DNA of 64,000 nt from Lingula anatina (taxonomy: Eukaryota; Animalia; Brachiopoda): positions 1,674,001 through 1,738,000 of the forward strand of contig CM120643.1 of NCBI GenBank assembly GCA_051362555.1, given 5' to 3'. Under the pieces are notes generated by a model that saw only the letters and a list, made by a program, of their open reading frames with translations, made no database searches and was not told where the DNA came from. Each line of letters opens with the position of its first letter. Position 1 is the first letter of the stretch. Positions 12,561 to 25,828 of this stretch are shown here, one piece after another. The translations under genes and the position numbers were made by a program.

Positions 12561-15500
12561 AATGTATAAAAAACTTGAATTTTATGAGCTGTAATGTTTG
12601 ATATTAAACTGCAAAGATGTTTCATAACACCAGGATATATTTTGCAGTTGTGTTAGTTTTGCTTTTTGAATAGAAACTTATCTTGTTTTGCTACATTATG
12701 ATATAGATTGTAATGATCACAACTAATGTTGCACTGCTTTGCAAGTATTGCTGTATCATAATATTGTGCTATTTTTGTGTAATTATTCATCTGAGACAAC
12801 AATAAACTAATTTGAATAATATTTTAGTTACTGTATGCTTATAAATAGTGTGGATGAAAAAAAAACTTGAAAATTAAAAAGATCCCTTCTGGCTTAGCTC
12901 TCATAAATACTATGGCATATTCTGATCTGCTATGATAAATCTATGATAAATATTGGACCAAAAAGAAATTCGTTATTAAACTATGATTTTAATTTGTATT
13001 CACCAGATTGATGATATTTTTAAAGAATATTAAAATTATCATGTAAACTCTCAAGTAAATTGCCAGTGCCTATCCAAAGTAATAGAATCTAAGATTTATT
13101 TCCTCTAAATTTTGTCTCCTTAGAAATTAAAAAGTCCATATATGGCAATTTACAAAAATGTAGCCCAGTGACCTTGACCTTTGACCCACTGACCTGATAT
13201 TCATTAGTACACATCCTCTTTCCATGCTCACCAGCCCTATTAATTTAGTAACATCATTGTAGAGCAAATTGGTATATAATAAATTAATCAAACCCATTGT
13301 CTACATAGACCTGAATGAATTCACCACAATTTTTTGCCTTAAAAATGGCCAACTTTGGGGGTATTTTTCAGTACCTGTTTTAATACAGCAGTAACTTTTG
13401 AAACTTGATTTGGAATGATCCATATCTGCCTAAAATATTCGTGCAGTTTTAAAGCTGTAAACCCTGTGAAGATGGAGATATATGCAATTAAAGATGGTAG
13501 TGTCAAAATTGGACTTTGGGGGGAGGGGTGTTAGAAATGGGTGTGGCTCCCCCAAGCAGGGTCTTATCTGAATTCTACATATATCTGTGGCAAGCCAAAT
13601 GATTGTTTTCAATGTTTGTAAGGTCTAATATTTTTTAGTTTTCTCCATTTTTGTTTAATTTACACAAAATATATCATTATTTTTCCAAGGTAAAAATGGA
13701 GTCTCAAAGAGGCTACATAAGCCACGACCTATAATAGGCTGTAATTCTCCTAAGAAAGGATATTTTTGGGATTCCTTCCTGAATCATGAATAACTTTCCA
13801 ATATGTCTCCATACAACAAATTTGGTTGAAATCTGCTGACCCCCACCTTGCCACCCTGGGCTGGTTCTCTCGTGGACAAGCTCTTAAATCACTTTTCCTA
13901 CGTTCTATCAAATTCGAGATTAAATGTATCCTAATTTTCAAATCGAAAGCTGTATTTATTGGAAATCAACGTGTAATTTTCGTTACAATTACGTTTCTAA
14001 AATCATTCAAATGATTTACAAACAAAATTATATTTGAAAATATGACGAGTTAAAAAATTCTCCAGAAATTGTAAATTTCCTGTGTCAGTCTTTCTGCCTT
14101 AATTCCTCTTGATTTGTACAATCCTTAGCCGTATATCATCTGTATTTTCGGATACAACTAAAACTACAACGTCGCCCTCTTATCATGGAATAAGAACCAA
14201 TTTACATTCATTAATAATATATCAAGCTTGATACGCTTGATACGTTTTACGAATTATATATCGTTATTTTATAAAATGACAATATGTTGAAGGATACAAT
14301 ACTTATAATACCAACGGTTTGTGCCATGTATCTAATCAATAACATATAAGTTATCTGTTACCGTATATATTATCCTATTTGTGTGTAGGGGCAAATTTAC
14401 CTGTACTGGAGAAAAATCTCTTGTATTTGAACGTTGCTTGTGGTGTGATGAGTTGTACTGAACATTGTGTTTTTTTTTACCTGTAGATTCTTCAAATATT
14501 TTTCACTTATACTATGAATGCAGTATACTTTTCTTATATTAAGGGATATGTAAGTCACACTATTCTATTAACACCTTTATTTTACGTGTTTTTCCGGGAA
14601 TGCTGATTAGAATAATGCATCAGCTCCTAATAATTCAGCAAACTGAGTGGATTGGGTTTGGGGACAATGTGTGTAGTATTAATAACCCTAAGGCCCATGA
14701 ATTACGCCATAATGGAATCTGAATAGATTGGGTTAGTATCAAATATTACTTAATATAAATCGAGTAACATAAATTGCCTCATACTATAAAAACGCACCAT
14801 CACTCTTTTGCGAGTTGAATATAACAGATTAATTGTGATTTTCATCGCCGCATGTAGGAAACAGAGAAAAATTAACTTTCATTCTTGATTCCCTTCACCC
14901 TGGCCCCTATCCCCGGCGAACATCAGGGTGAGCGAGGTCGGTCCAGTCTTTTTACCCTTATCAAAAGGGGTCTGATACTGAAGCCTTATCACAATGCACA
15001 CACAATCAGTAAGATTTAAACTAAATAACAAAATAGATATTACACAGACGTGGTCATTTTAGTCATTGCGTACATTGCCGTGTTCATTACTTAACTTCGG
15101 CTAGCTTTCACCCTGTGGAATATCAAGTAAAGTGGAAATAATAGAAATAATAGCATTAAGAATGTAGTGGTAGCTTGCACCCAGCCTTTCAGTATCCCTA
15201 TAATGTAGATAGGTCAGACAGCTTCTTTTTGCCCAAATTCAAATAATCAAACCGGTTTCATGTGCGATATATACTTTCAAGATTAAAAAAAGACCAAACA
15301 GCAAATGAAATGCTGCGTTTCTGGCAAATTATTAATAAATATTAATATAAATCCAATTTCATTTATCATTGAAATATTATCATAAGCAGTATGTTACACT
15401 AAGTTATAAGCCAGAGGAGCTGGGTATTTACCATCATTGTCATCCGGTTAATTGACAAAATATAACAATGTGACATTCCTCGGTCACTGAAGTGGAATTA

Positions 15501-15762
15501 TTTTACGATGTCGCAGTCTTTTTTCCTTTTTCTTAATTTGTATTTCTAACTATTTCTATTTTTATATGATTATGCTACACCACAATCTCACAGGCTTCAT
15601 AATCACCCTAATTTGAACCAATTTTGATATTCCTTTTACAAAATAAATTCACGTAATTTGCAGTTTAATTCAAAACGATTTTCGGGTTCACCTACCTATC
15701 TATCTATTTATCTATCTATTTATCTATCCCTATTACTTCCCTCAGTTATGTCACATAACGTG

Positions 15763-17801
15763 CCCGTGTACCATGAAAATCTGACTCCCCTTAAATGTGA
15801 CTCCCCGGTCAGATTTTCATAATGAAAATGTGACTCCCCCTATGAAATTTTGACTCCCACCCAAAAGAACATTCATTAATCTCATTTTATTTGAGTAAAT
15901 GACTATGATCTTGTAGTATGCATAATGGAGGATACATAGGCACTTTTTTGTAGTTTGCAGGTGAAAATTTTCATGAAAAAATAAGAAAATTAGAATTGTG
16001 CACATAATGAAAATCTGGTTCCCCTGTGAAAATTTGACTCCCCCTCCACAAAACTTCAAAATCTTATTTTATTTTGAGTATATGACTGTGATCTTGTAGT
16101 ATGTAAAATAGAGAATACATTGGCACTTTTTTGTAGTTTGCAGGTGAAAATTTTCATGAAAAAATAAGAAAATTAAAAATGTGTACATAATGAAAATCTG
16201 ACTCCCCCATGAAAATTTTGACTCCCCCTCCACAAAACTTCATAAAACTTATATATATATATATATATATGACTGTGATCTCATTTTATTTGAGTAAATG
16301 ACTATGATCTTGTAGTATGCATAATGGAGGACACATTGGCACTTTTTATTAGTTTGAAGGTGAAAATTTTCATGAAAAAAAATTAAAGATTTGTATTTTG
16401 CCACACAAGGACTCCCCTATGAAAAAGCTATTTATTTGACATTTGGTGACCATTTCAACATCTTTCCCTTTAGGATACTTTATGAAGATTATATTGGAAA
16501 TACTTGAAAGTTTGATGGTAAAAAATTGGGTGAAAAAACACATTAAAAAATAAAAATTTAAGATTTATATTCTAACACCCAATGACTCTCCTATGAAAAA
16601 GCTACTTATTTGATAGTTGATGATCATTCTGACCGCTTTTTTTAGGATACTTTATGAAAAAAATTATTGGAAATATTTAAAAGTTTTATGGTAAAATACT
16701 GGGTGAAAATAAATGAAAAAAATTATGAAAATCTTCATTTTCATATGCATGGGATTTGGACTCCTATGGATTCCCATTAGGAAAAGGCCCCATTTCATAT
16801 TTGCTGTTGTTTTTCCCATTTTTTTCCCAAAGCTGAATGAAAAATGGGGATTGGTGATTTTAAATGGATAATAAATGTGCATTCTTGAACCCATAGGATT
16901 TTGACTCCCCTAGTTAAAAGCACTTATTTTTCTTTTTGGAGAACATATTTGGAAGTATTTAAATTTTTGTGGGTAAAAATTTTTGCAAAAAGTGTTTGAA
17001 ATTTAAAAAAAATGAGAAATTCAGTATAATATTTATTTTTACACCCAAGAAAAGGACAATTATTTTATATTCAGTCATTATATCAATATTTTCCACAAAG
17101 TTTTCATTGTATATATAATGAAAACTTTGCACACTAAGCTATATGAAAATGAAAATTGTTTTGTGTCATATCAGAAAAGAATACATGTATTGGTGACTGA
17201 ATATAAAATAGGTCCTTTTCTTCATGGGAGTCCAAATCTCATGGGTATAAAAATAAAGATGTTCATGATTTCTTTTTTATTCTTTCACTCATTCTTTTCA
17301 TTCTTATAATTCTCATAAAGTATCCTTAAAGGAAAGGTGTTGAAATGATCATCAAATATTAAATAGATAGCTTTTTCATAGGGGAGACAATGGGCGGTTA
17401 AGTGCACATTTTTAATTTTTATGAAAATTTTCACCTGCAAATTACAAAAAAGTGCCAATATATCCTCCATTTTACATACTACAAGATCACAGTCATATAT
17501 TCAAAATAAAATAAGATTTATGAAGTTTTGTGGAGGGGGGGTCAAATTTTCATGGGGGAGTCAGATTTTCATTATGTGCACATTTTTGATTTTCTTATTT
17601 TTTCATGAAAATATTCACCTTCAAACTACAAAAAAGTGCCTATGTATCCTCCATTTTACATACTACAAGATCACAGTCATATACTCAAAATAAAATAAGA
17701 TTTTTGAAGTTTTGTGGAGGGGGAGTCAAATTTTCACGGGGGAGTCAGATTTTCATTTTGAAAATCTGACTGGGGGAGTCAGAGTCAGATTGTTACACCC
17801 G
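15763..17801. mobile_element. Foldback-type non-autonomous element with long modular inverted repeats
   Basis: Left arm (about 15763-16440) and right arm (about 17300-17801) are inverted copies built of ~180-bp subrepeats with TGACTCCCC/GGGGAGTCA motifs. Absent from the paralogous site near 46830. Confidence 0.8.
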
Positions 17802-18018
17802 CATCACCATTTATAATTCAAAATTCTCAATAATATTAATGATCGTTTTCAATCATTTTCTTTTTGCCTTACCTCCTGTAAGCGGTTTATCTTCAGTCCA
17901 CATTTCAGTTTCCTGTTAGGCACCGGCATTCTCATTTATTATATTTCCTTCTATGGTACGTTGTCATCATTAATTGTCAGTCTTGTATATACCATGCTTT
18001 CCTTGAAAGCCTATGAAT

Positions 18019-18187
18019 CAGGGGCGGATCCAGAAATATTTTCTGACAGTCTTCCAAATCATCTTTGTTGATCCATCCTCCATTTCTGACCGTCTTCCGA
18101 CAGAGTAAAATTAGATACCCGTCCATGTAAATTTGAAAATCTGACCGTCTTCCGGAAGACCCAGAAGACGCCCTAAATCCGCCCCTG
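18019..18187. mobile_element. MITE, TIR CAGGGGCGGAT, 5-bp TSD TGAAT
   Basis: TGAAT at 18014-18018 and 18188-18192. Empty site CTATGAATGATAGG near 47067. Inverted sister copy at 39072-39240. Confidence 0.88.
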
Positions 18188-18369
18188 TGAATGATAGGTA
18201 CATCATTTCCGTAACCTATCTAAGGGTCAGTACGTTTTTCAACATCATATAGGCTAAAAGTTCCGCAAGTCCTTCTACATCATTATTACCCTAAGAGGTC
18301 ACAACTTTAAGTGTTGGATCTTTGGTAAGCATTGCTTACTGGACACAACCCGGCATTTCTAACATCTAA

Positions 18370-18562
18370 GGCTCTATTCCCATAGGTTTTAGATCGATCT
18401 ATCCCCGCGGGGAGTCTCACTAGATTACTTTCAGATAATCCGACTTAAATGTCCGTCCCGCCTACTACAAGCTGTAAGGAGGTAATTAACTTTCGTGTCC
18501 GCCCGGCTGACAGCTATTTAGTCGATCTAAAGTAGGTCGATCTAATCTATGGAAATGGGGTG
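18370..18562. mobile_element. PIF/Harbinger-like MITE
   Basis: TIR-like ends GGCTCTATTCCCATAG / CTATGGAAATGGGGTG, TAA/TAT flanks. Near-identical inverted copy at 24969-25183. Empty sites near 31335 and 47240. Confidence 0.78.
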
Positions 18563-21500
18563 TATGATCGGTCATCAAATTCTCAAATGATCATAATGTT
18601 AAAATGAAATCAAATTAACTTGTAACTGCCCAGTCTTTCTATATCTGTTTTTCCAACTTGGCTTTCACGTGAGTTTCTTCATTGTCATCATTTAATCACA
18701 GTACTTGTCTTTTATCATACAGAAGAACAAATCTACGTATATGCAGGTCACGTCAAACTTGCTCTGCCTCCACGACAAACTTACTCTCCCTCATGTTTAC
18801 ATTCGTGGCGATTAAGCAGATTTCTTTTTGCAAATATTCCCTCTGTTATAGCAAATAACTCTTCGCTATAGATACAGAATACAAATGCTGATGAAATGGA
18901 ACAGATTAGAGTCGTATTAAGCCATATGAGCAACCTGTTACTGGGTTAACCTATTTGCGGTCAATGAGAAATGTATCTTCAGCTACGTGCTGGTATAATA
19001 TTGTAAAGCAGTGCTTTTAGATTGTATGATGAATATCTGTGAAGCAGATATCAGTTTGGCAGAAATTGACTTTGTTCTCGTCGTAATTTCGTCAAATGGC
19101 GCTCAGATAATTTTGAGAGATGTAATATATCAAAGAATTTTCTTTAAATGATTCACCAGTAAACCTAGATTTTTACAGAACTGCTGAGCATCAGAATGTA
19201 GCAACTTCCAATGAATAATTTAACACGCTTATAAAATTAGATTTGCGGCCACTTTTACACAATAATACATAAGAATGTCATAAATTGTGCTTTAACTGTA
19301 TGTTTAATTTCTAAAACAAGTAATATATGCTTGCCTTGTTTCCCTGAATTGCATGGTGTACAATGTAACTCGCAAATACACGCACATACTGAACGTGGGA
19401 TAACCTCACCATCAAAATCCACCATTTACACTCCTTACTTACACATGTAGAATGACGATAGATGGCAGTATTACAGTGTCCTTGTCAGCATACTGTCACC
19501 AGGAAGAATATCAGATTTATAGAGCAGAATGCCCCGATTACAGCCTCACAGGCAGAAATTGTCGCAACTTTTAATGTAAAAGGTTTCTCCTCCTCATACA
19601 TGCTACTTAAGCATTTCTTCTGAATAACATTTAACGTTTCTGCCCACCCTCCAGTTACCATTTTCAATACTTGTTTTATGGTACAACTGTAGAAACAATT
19701 CAGAGAATTTCATCAGCTGTGTTATTTTATAAGAATGATGTAATTTTTCTTTAGTCAGCAGCTAATATTGAGATATATTTACCTCCAATATTGTTTATGT
19801 CTAGCAGGACATCTTCGTCAGGGAATAAGGCTGTCCAGGTGAATAGCCTCTATTCAGGCAAGACGTAGAAAGGTTTTTATATCCTTTACTCCCCTACATT
19901 TTACTGTTTTGAGGAAGGGGGGTCTAAAATGCAAAAATAATATCGCTTTTGGTATATTCACTGGGATGCCAGGGGGAAAGGGGCGGCACAGTGGGAGGGT
20001 CCAGGGGTTAAAATGTTGCCACTTGCTATATATTCGGGGTTGAAGTAGCAGCAGTGGGACGGCAAACTGGGAAAAGATTTTAGAGAATCCACCCGTGCAA
20101 ATCATACAGCTAACCAGCAGGCAGCACGACTGCAAAATAATCGTTGATTTATTTTACGGGAGATTTATATTTTGATTGTTGCTGTAAGTGTATGCTCTGA
20201 CTGTATCAAGTGTATGCTGCGCAGATCCAGATTGTGTTTTCTACGTCTCACCTAACGCATTAATCGCCGCCGCGCGTATGGCAAATTATATTCCAAAGTT
20301 CTGCAAACACAACTGTCTCAATCAATTCTCAGTGAGCACCATTTAACAGATTAAATCACGGCTCCAGGGTTTAATTGCAAGAACCCTGCAGTGACGGCCC
20401 TTGTTGAGGCGGGGGGGGGGGAGACCATCAGCTGATTAGTCAGATCTGCTTAATGTGGGTCGGCCATATTTGGTCGGTGGATCTGTTAGTCCGCAGATCA
20501 ACCGGTTCTGAATGTGCTCTGTGATATTTTTCTCAGGTTCAAGAGGCAGTGGATGGCAAGGTTTAGCCTAAGACCCACTCAATAATATCAGTGATTACTG
20601 GGTCCTATCAAAAAGTTTTAAATTATGACTGGTTTTGTTCTTCAGCGTTTTATTTTCTTATTTGATCTGCTTTTATTCTAGTCTTCCGTTGCAGCTGATA
20701 CAAATTAACCCGTTATTTTTTGTTCGTAGCAATCTCTTTGCATTAACGATAAAGAAAACTGGCATGGGGTCACTTAGAAGGAGAAGTGTGAGTTCGTTGG
20801 ATATCAAATTTGGGTGTCCTATGATGATTACCTGCCGATTCTCGTACCCTGCAATGACCGTGCAGGCTATATTGTCCGACCCTGCGACACAGGGCAGGAA
20901 GTACCTGCGGCTTTTTGGTAAGGCTATATTCCGGCAGCACTGTAGCCTGCTCAAGGGCCCCGAAAGTTTTTTGGGTTTTCGGAGGACAAACGGTGCCCTT
21001 TGGTTCGGTATAGAACTATGATTCAACTATTCAAAATGCTAATTTCAATAGGGAAATATTGATGTGATATATTTTTCAGGACCTCCCTGACCCCCACCCC
21101 CACCCAACAACCTCTAAATTCGCCACTGGTAGTAGTTTTTCAAATCTCAGTTGCTTGGAAACAATGATCAACCTTAGTTAAAATGGAAGAGGTGTGTATT
21201 TGGTTTATTATTTTTAGTTTTTTTTTTTTTTTCTTTCTTTTTTTTCCCCCGAATTTTTCTTCTATGCGGCGATTGGATCAAAGGTATGCCTTAAGAATGC
21301 TTTAAAGTTTAACTTTTTGCACTTGAAAATGTTTTCAGTTGATTTTGCCATTAGCCTTCAACTGGGTGCATACCGTGTAATCTATTTATAAGTTGTAAAA
21401 ACATCGTCAGGAAGGGGCAGTGGGCACGTGCCCTGCCCTCAGCTTCTGAGATATCTCTTCTTCCTCTTTTAAAAGGGAAATTAACGACAAAAAGATGCAT

Positions 21501-22935
21501 TTTGTCCGTCAAATTAGTATAGCAATATTGCCGTCGTCTGTTTGTAATTTTTCATACTTGTAACCCCCTCCTCTCCCATAAGAGCCGGTACGATGTTACA
21601 TCCTAGCCCTCAATTACAAAAAAAAACTGAATCGACCAGAGAACCAGTGATGACATTGTCTCGAAAGGACCTATTTTATATTCGATGCTTTGTGTTTTTA
21701 TTTATTTATTTATTTATTTATTTATGTATTTATTTATTTATTGTAACTAAGGTGGTTTTATATTAAAACTTTAGACTAATTATAAGAAAATATCAACGGA
21801 ATTCTTTATATTTCCCATTTAACATTATTAAAACAAACTACAGTTATTTGATATCAATGATACCATTTAATAACGGTTTTAAAGCTACAAGCACGGCGAA
21901 ACGAATTAAAGATAAATATAAATCTAAAATTAAAACATTAAAAACACCTGAAACTATTGTCACTATATCGTACCCAATTTAAATCACGTGTCCACTGTAC
22001 TTCACCAGATGAACGCCATCTATCAAAGCTTGTGAAAATTATTTTCTTTTGCGACACATGGCATATGTTTTAAGCGCCAAATGTCTTTTTCTCTGTCATG
22101 ATTAGTCTTGTGTTCGGAGATTTCTCCAAATTTGTTTACATCCTCGAAATAATGTCATACACCTGTTACGGCAAAATGATTAATTCAACCTCTTTACAAA
22201 AACCCACATGCAATAATTAGCACTTCAAGGCATAAAATACCTCGATCAATGTCAAAATTAATAACAAACAAAAAATAGAAAAGTTATCGTAGAACCGAAA
22301 GAGTCGCGTGCACCCCCACAAATGTCAGTTTCATTGTCCATGATTCCGTTTCTTTTGTTAATTTTCGACTCTCCAATAGACGTTCACGAAAAATAAGTGT
22401 GCGAGTCAAATATTAGCTTTTCTCAATTCTGTTTAGTCAACAGATAGAAATATTCCATAGAAATAGGGATTTAAAAGTCTAAGTGACATGGTCCGTAGTA
22501 ACCCTTTGTCCAAGTAAACGGCTGTGAAACATGAAATGGCGTCCAGCGCTTTCCGTGTTCCAATGGAGAAAGAAGATACAGTTTGTACAGCGTTGGTTGG
22601 TTGATTGGTTCTTTGATCATCACGCCATGGATCGTCGAGTAATATCCTGGTTTAAAGAGAAATGAGACAAAGATTATATATATATGCCGGTGTCTGTTAT
22701 CATTTCGGTAGAAACAAATTATTTATGTAAGGGAGAACAAAATTGTGAAAAAATCAGGATACAAAATTAATGTTTTTAAATCTGATAAGTTGGGGGGAAA
22801 ATAAGTTTTTAAGAAAATGTATTCTGGGGAATGTGAAAGAGAGCGAGTAACTTTAGCATTCTACGACGCGTTTGTTTTATTTACACACGTTCCAGATAAA
22901 ATACAATGTACTTACGTCACCGGCGCCGTGTGCTG

Positions 22936-25828
22936 TTAAGGGAATCCCCTAAACTTTGCAGGTGTCACCTGTGGCCAGGCGACAAGATTCGTAAAGTCGT
23001 TATCTGGATCTTCGTCCCAATCTCCGCATATCCCTTCCATCCAAATGTCCCAGATCGGAGGAATGTGAATCTGGAGACAATGTCGGGCCACACGTATCCT
23101 AATGTCGAACAGGACGGCTGGCAGATGCGTGCAACTAACCTCAATGTACAAATCGCCAGCTACCAGAATGACCTCGATTCGAAAACCGCCCCCCGCGAAC
23201 AAAAAACCAGGCGCCCCAGCAGGACCAAGGTTTACAGCACCAACCCACAGCGGCGGAACAGGTGCAAATTCATTTGCTACCTGCAATGAGATAAAAATTT
23301 CGATAGTGTTATCTTATTATAATAATAATAAGCACGTGGTCACGTCCATTTACCAGTGATTCACAAAATTATTCAGAACAAGAAAGTACACACAGTCATA
23401 CAATACTTGCAAACAAACACACACACAAAAACATGAAAATTGATCAACATACTTCGAGATCCCTTTCAGGGGCATTCCGAAGTAACAATGGTAACAAAAA
23501 CATAATCTCGTCAGAGGTAAAGGAGTGAGAGAGCGCAGCCTCTTCCGAGACATATAGCTGGGTCGAAGATTTCGAAGTAACAAGCATCAAACAAACCCAC
23601 TACTGGTAACAAATACTACCTCCTCCGTTGTCCGGGTAATAATAATAATGACACAGTGCAGTAGAGTACAGTATATTTGTATTGAGTACATGTCCAAAAT
23701 TTTATGTAGCTAATTTGTTCACAGGATGCAGGCAAATTATTACTAAGTGGCCTGAGAGAGAGAGAGAGAGAGAGAAAGCAGAGGATAGAGAGAGAATAGG
23801 AGGAGAAAACTTACCGTTATTCTGTACAGTCCAGGTGGATCTGGATTCGTTTTGTACACAATTTTCACGTAGTGATCAAAGATCTTGAATTTCACTGATG
23901 ACAGACGAGTCTTCGGACCGTCATTAAAGAACTCTTGTCCCGTTACTATGTACCAAAACCAGCTAGGGTTAGACTTTGCCATTATCCCTACATCCCAGGG
24001 TCTGGTGTTAAATCTGAAGACTTTCCCATCACAGGTAACGTAGCGGACATCACCATGCGCATGGCATTCACAAGCCGGGATTGGCACTGAAATGGTCAGG
24101 GGCAACTTGAATGATAGAGGAACACTAATTTGGATACATTCCAACACCTCCATAAAAGGTCCAGCGTCAGCATTAAATGATCTATGTTATTAAAGGTGAA
24201 TGCAACCAATACTCAAGAAACAATATATCAAAAGAGGAGTCTGAAAAGAAGAAAAACTTCTTTGTTGAAAAGCTTTGTGACCGATGGTATAAAAAGTGGT
24301 GTCAAAACATAACGACACGGGAAATTTTCCCGTGTTTCAGCTCTTAGCACTCAAACAGCCTCTTGGTAAGTCTATTGTTATCCATGGCTATTAATATATT
24401 CCAGTGGCTGATTATGATCACCCATTGAGTGTAAACTAGCGGCATCCAACCGACGTCCCCTTAAAGTGCTAATATTGGTGTAAATCTGGTTACTCCCATA
24501 TAATACTTAATAGCTCGTAATTGTATATTCTTAACATAGTTGTCAGTGACCTAAACCCCCCACACAATGGCACAGTAGTTATTGATAGGGATGATACATG
24601 ATTTTAACAGTTGTTCAAAAGTATTAAATCCAATATCTTTCAAACTCTGCATCTTATTTATCATACCACCTAGCCCTCTGCTGGCCCCTTTCGCTAACTC
24701 TTCCTTTCGAAAAAGTGTTAGAATCCGCACTCTACCTAGATTTTTAGTTTCTTTATCATTGTTTGAAGACGACAATTCTGTCGATTTGTATTCTGAAGGT
24801 CTCATTCAATAGTATCCCTTTATGTACGGTTTCATAAATCGGATTAACATGGACATGTCAGTATAGAATAAAATTTACCTAAAATCTATGTGCAACATTG
24901 AATGTGTGCAATGCCTCATGTTTCGGAGTATATAATTGTCTCCCGTTTTCTTCCATTAATTCTTATTGCACCCCATTTCCATAGATTAGATCGACCTACT
25001 TTAGATCGACCTAACTCCCTGGGGGTTCACGCTAAATAGCTGTCAGCCGGACGGACACGAAAGTTAATTATCCCCTTACAGCTTGTAGTAGGCGGGACGG
25101 ACATTTAAGTCGGATTATCTGAAAGTAATCTAGTGAGACTCCCCGTGGGGATAGATCGATCTAAAACCTATGGGAATAGAGCCTTAATTTGTGTAATATT
25201 TGTCTAATATAACATGAAATATTATTAACTTAAGTAACAGAGCAAACAGAAGACATTGGTCATGCTTCTACACAAAGAACATTTTGTTTTACACAGTTCT
25301 GATTTCCTGAAGTAGTTTTTCTTTGACTCTAACTTTCTTTCTTTAAACATAATTTGGCGGCAACATGTTGGATTTATTTCGTTACAAGAAAAATAGATTT
25401 ACAAATTATATGTACTGGTAACACACTTTTGAGAACTTAAAATCTTAACCTAATACTTCATAACATATATCTGTAGTACAGTAGCGTTAGATGACCAAAC
25501 TAGTTTTAAAAAAGTTATTTTAAAAAAGTTGCAGCAGAAAGACATTCTTGCCAACAACTAGGTTATTAAAGTTATCAACGACAAATCTTCGTTTTCACAT
25601 TCGGTCAAGTTTGCAATCTTAAGGAAAATTGAAAAACTTACGTATTGGACCATGGGGAAGTCCAGCTGCCATCTGATCAGCGGCTGGAAGGTTAAGCATG
25701 TCTTGCGTAGCATTGTCTCTTTGAGCCTCTTCCAACGGAGTAAGAGGGATGGGACCCGCGCCACTAACGGATGTCACCGTTGTCAAAGCGATGATCAGAA
25801 GCACGGCCACGCCTCTTTGTCCTGTCAT
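22936..25828 (-). CDS. Secreted single-VWD-domain protein, paralog B (~267 aa, complete)
   Basis: Exons 25828-25642, 24086-23815 and 23280-22936 (stop TAA), all GT-AG with phases 1 and 0. Signal peptide; CECHAHGDVRYVTCDG; C-terminal GICGDWDEDPDNDF matches the VWD GLCGN.DG...ND motif. Confidence 0.88.
24300..24960 (-). mobile_element. Decayed non-LTR retrotransposon (L2/CR1-group-like) fragment in paralog B intron 1
   Basis: Broken ORF2 C-terminal-like peptides LAKGASRGLGGMINK...FEQLLKSCIIPINNYCAIVWG and IQLRAIKYYMGV..TPILAL*GDVGW. Absent from paralogs A and C. Confidence 0.6.
24969..25183. mobile_element. PIF/Harbinger-like MITE (inverted copy of 18370-18562)
   Basis: Reverse-complement match to 18370-18562; TTG/TTA flanks. 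Confidence 0.78.

Larger units (their letters stand above)
4792..13883 (+). mobile_element. Decayed Sola3-like DNA transposon with TTAA TSD (contains nested Gypsy)
   Basis: TTAA at 4788-4791 and 13884-13887. Imperfect TIRs GTGTGTGTCCACGAGAAAACCAG...GGCAAGGTGGGGGT versus GAGCTTGTCCACGAGAGAACCAG...GGCAAGGTGGGGGT. The empty site ATTAAATCA is seen in the paralogous blocks (about 28075, 44038). TTAA target plus GAG/CTC ends fit Sola3; Kolobok is the alternative. Confidence 0.75.

Noticed and set aside
20635-21026. Overlapping 128-aa and 117-aa ORFs
   Set aside because: Non-ATG starts, no recognisable motifs, no splice partners, not conserved in the paralogous blocks; probably repeat debris.
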